64,000 nt of DNA, taken from assembly GCA_963726695.1 (NCBI GenBank), contig CAVSDE010000008.1, forward strand, positions 97,324 to 161,323, given 5' to 3'. Positions 61,550 to 64,000 of the stretch are shown in pieces (position 1 is the stretch's first letter; every line of letters begins with the position of its first letter). The stretch comes from an uncultured Acidimicrobiales bacterium (GTDB lineage Bacteria > Actinomycetota > Acidimicrobiia > Acidimicrobiales > DATKAS01). The notes under the pieces were generated by a model, which did no database searches, had not been told where the DNA came from, and worked only from the letters and a program-made list of their open reading frames with translations. A program made the position numbers and the translations under genes.

Positions 61550-61705
61550 GTGGCTGGAGGCATCATCATCGCCGTCATCCTCGTGCTGTTCCCCGTCTTC
61601 GTCGCGATCGGTGCCGCAGTCGTCGCCGCGCTGCTGGGGTTGGTGCTGAAGGAGCGCGCCGAGGCGACTCACGAGGGCAGCGAGCTCATCGCTCTCAACG
61701 ACTGA
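61550..61705 (+). CDS. Small membrane protein (51 aa), absent from the ORF track
   Basis: GTG..TGA reading MAGGIIIAVILVLFPVFVAIGAAVVAALLGLVLKERAEATHEGSELIALND. TAGGGT lies 6 nt upstream; fills the ridA-decarboxylase gap. Confidence 0.7.
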   Translation: MAGGIIIAVILVLFPVFVAIGAAVVAALLGLVLKERAEATHEGSELIALND

Positions 61706-61721
61706 TCCACGCGGCAGTCGG

Positions 61722-63084
61722 GTGCACCAGTTCGACGAATCGGCCGAGGTGCTGGCTCGCGCGATCTTCGACTACGCGCTCGCACGTGTGCGGATGGATC
61801 CCCCGCCTCTCGACGGCACGAGAAGTCCGCAGGAGCTCACGGCCGCGGTCGGGCCAACGATCACGAAGCATGGGATCGGAGGCCTCGAGGCGCTTCGTGT
61901 GTTCGCTGGACGTGCTCGCCCCCGCCACCGTCTCGATCGATCACCCTCGATTCCTCGCGTTCGTTCCCGCCGCGCCGACCGACGCGGCGATCTTGTTCGA
62001 CCTCGTCGTCGGTGCATCCTCCATCTACGGAGGGTCGTGGCTCGAAGGGTCAGGCGCCGCGTTCGCCGAGAACGAAGCGCTTCGGTGGCTGGCCGACCTC
62101 GCGGACTTCCCTCCCGGGGCGGGCGGCGTGTTCGTGTCGGGAGGCACAGCCGCGAACCTCAGCGCGCTGGCTGCAGCCCGGCACACGTGGCGCTCGACCC
62201 GCGGCCTCGAGCCCGAGGACGCACCGCGCTCGGTGATCGCGGTGAGTGATGCGGCCCATTCTTCGATCGCCTCCGCCGCACGCGTGATGGACGCGTCGCT
62301 GCTCGTGGTTCCGACCGACGAGAAGGGACGGCTCACCGGCGCGGCCCTGGAAGAGGCGCTGACACGTGCGGACGCGCCCGGGCTGTTCGCGGTCGTCGCG
62401 ACCGGAGGCACGACCAACGGTGGGTTCGTCGACGACCTCGATGGCGTCGCCGACGTCGCCGAGCGCCATGGCCTCTGGTACCACGTGGACGGCGCGTACG
62501 GGCTTGCCGCGCTCGCGGTCGAGCGCGTTCGCCATCTCTTCCGCGGAGTCGAGCGCGCCGACTCGTTCTGCGTTGATCCACACAAGTGGCTCTTCGCTCC
62601 GTTCGACTGCGCGGCGCTGCTATATCGCGATCCTGAGCTCGCGCGCGCTGCCCACACGCAGCACGCCGCTTACCTCGACATCCTGCACACGACGCCCGAT
62701 TGGAATCCGTCGGACTACGCGTTCCACCTCACTCGTCGAGCACGCGGGCTGCCGTTCTGGTTCTCGCTCGCGACCCATGGCACCGACGCCTACGCGGATG
62801 CGATCGAGTCGACGCTCACGCTGACGCGCGATGTCGCACGCATGATCGAGGCGCACACGCTCGTGGAGCTGCTCGAGGAACCCGAGCTCTCCGTGGTGCT
62901 GTTCCGCAGAGTCGGGTGGGCGCCGGCGGACTACGCCGCGTGGTCTGAACGCGCGCTCGCGGAGGGTCTCACCCTGACGGTGCCCACGACATGGAGCGGT
63001 CAGACGTGTCTGCGCTTCTGCTTCGTCAATCCGCGCACCACGACCGACGACGTGGCGTTGGTGCTCGACTCGCTGGCGAATTAG
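61722..63084 (+). CDS. Group II PLP-dependent decarboxylase (frameshift ~61905)
   Basis: [47 protein letters not shown]. Confidence 0.92.
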
Positions 63085-64000
63085 CGGGGAGGCGGCGGAC
63101 TCGGGACGGGCCGCCGTGGCGGTGTCGAGCTGTCGGGACGCAAGGTGGGAGCGGCCATCGGACCCCACTGCACCTGATGGATGAAGAAGGTGCCCGACAG
63201 GCCCTTGAGCTCGACCTCTTCGCCGTCGTCGAACGAGATGTCGTCCGCACCGGCGACCAGCTCACACACGAGCTGCGAGACCAGGATCTCGCCGCCCTCG
63301 GCCTTGCCGGCGATGCGAGCCGCGAGGATGACGTGACGACCGAACAGATCGCCGCCCTCGGCGATGGCCTCGCCCGTGTGCAGGCCGATGCGCACCCGCA
63401 CGCCCTGGTCAGGGTGAGCCCGGGCGTGGCGCTCGACCTCTTGCTGGATGGCGACCGCGCACGACAGAGCGCGTCGCGCGCGCTGTTGAACGCGAGCATG
63501 AAGCCGTCGCCCTGCGACTTGATCTCGTTGCCGCCGTGGGTGCGCAGCTCCTTGCGGATGATCTCGTTGTGTGCCCGGAGCACCTGCATCCACTGGGTGT
63601 CGCCGTACTTCTCGGCGAGCATCGTCGAGTTCTCGATGTCCGTGAACATCACCGTCACCGTGCAGTCGAGGTGGCTGAGCCGCGACATGTTCGGGTCTTC
63701 GGTGCTCATACCGGAGGCGACGCGGTCGATCGAGGTGAACCGCTCACCGCTGTCACGGGCGCGCACGCGCCCGTCGGGCGAGATCGTCGGAGGACCGATG
63801 ACCGTGCCTCGTGCACCGGCGGTGTCGTGCGCGACGGTCACGGCTGGCGGCGGAGTCACGAGGGTGATGGTCGTGTCACCGACGGCAACCAAGTCGTTCG
63901 GTGATACCGGCGTCGGCCCCACCACTCGGGTGCCGTTGATGAACGTGCCGTTCGAGCTGCCGAGGTCGAGCACCGTGAGGCCGCCGGCGTTCGCCATCAG
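63081..64000 (-). CDS. FHA-domain class III adenylate/guanylate cyclase (5' truncated, frameshift ~63470)
   Basis: [12 protein letters not shown] (FHA); [42 protein letters not shown]. Confidence 0.92.

Overview
High-GC actinobacterial chromosome segment. Gene content and protein style suggest Acidimicrobiia (inference). It is almost fully coding, with about 70 genes, and roughly 25 of them are broken by 1-nt indels that look like long-read consensus errors. Contents in order: dnaX(3' part)-ybaB-recR; a lipid module (2x PAP2, DAG kinase, YihY, cardiolipin synthase); a dispersed ethylmalonyl-CoA pathway (thiolase, ccr, epimerase, pccB/epsilon, meaA/ecm, hbd); a LigC/Prim-Pol/5'-3' exonuclease repair locus; ask-asd; tRNA-Pro(CGG) with an accessory patch behind it; an ars cluster; a Get3/ArsA-like pair, nfeD and whiB; selA-selB; a DUF222/HNH cassette; an Fe-S trafficking module (mrp, SufR-like, iscA); a shortened Mo-hydroxylase-like fusion; ridA; a PLP decarboxylase; and an FHA-cyclase. 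The most notable unexplained signals are: (1) a self-contained ~112-nt C-loop (6C-like) sRNA with its own promoter and terminator, convergent with recR; (2) a Cas4/AddB-like Fe-S nuclease paired with a catalytically degenerate paralogue and linked to ccr-mce by overlapping mini-ORFs; (3) a PafBC-type promoter driving DUF222-HNH plus a degenerate RadC/JAB protein; (4) twin membrane beta-propeller-like paralogues translationally coupled to ligC; (5) pervasive leaderless TANNNT-N6/7-start architecture, including a 23-bp bidirectional promoter. No CRISPR array, rRNA, integrase or transposase was seen. All family calls come from motif recognition, not from database searches.
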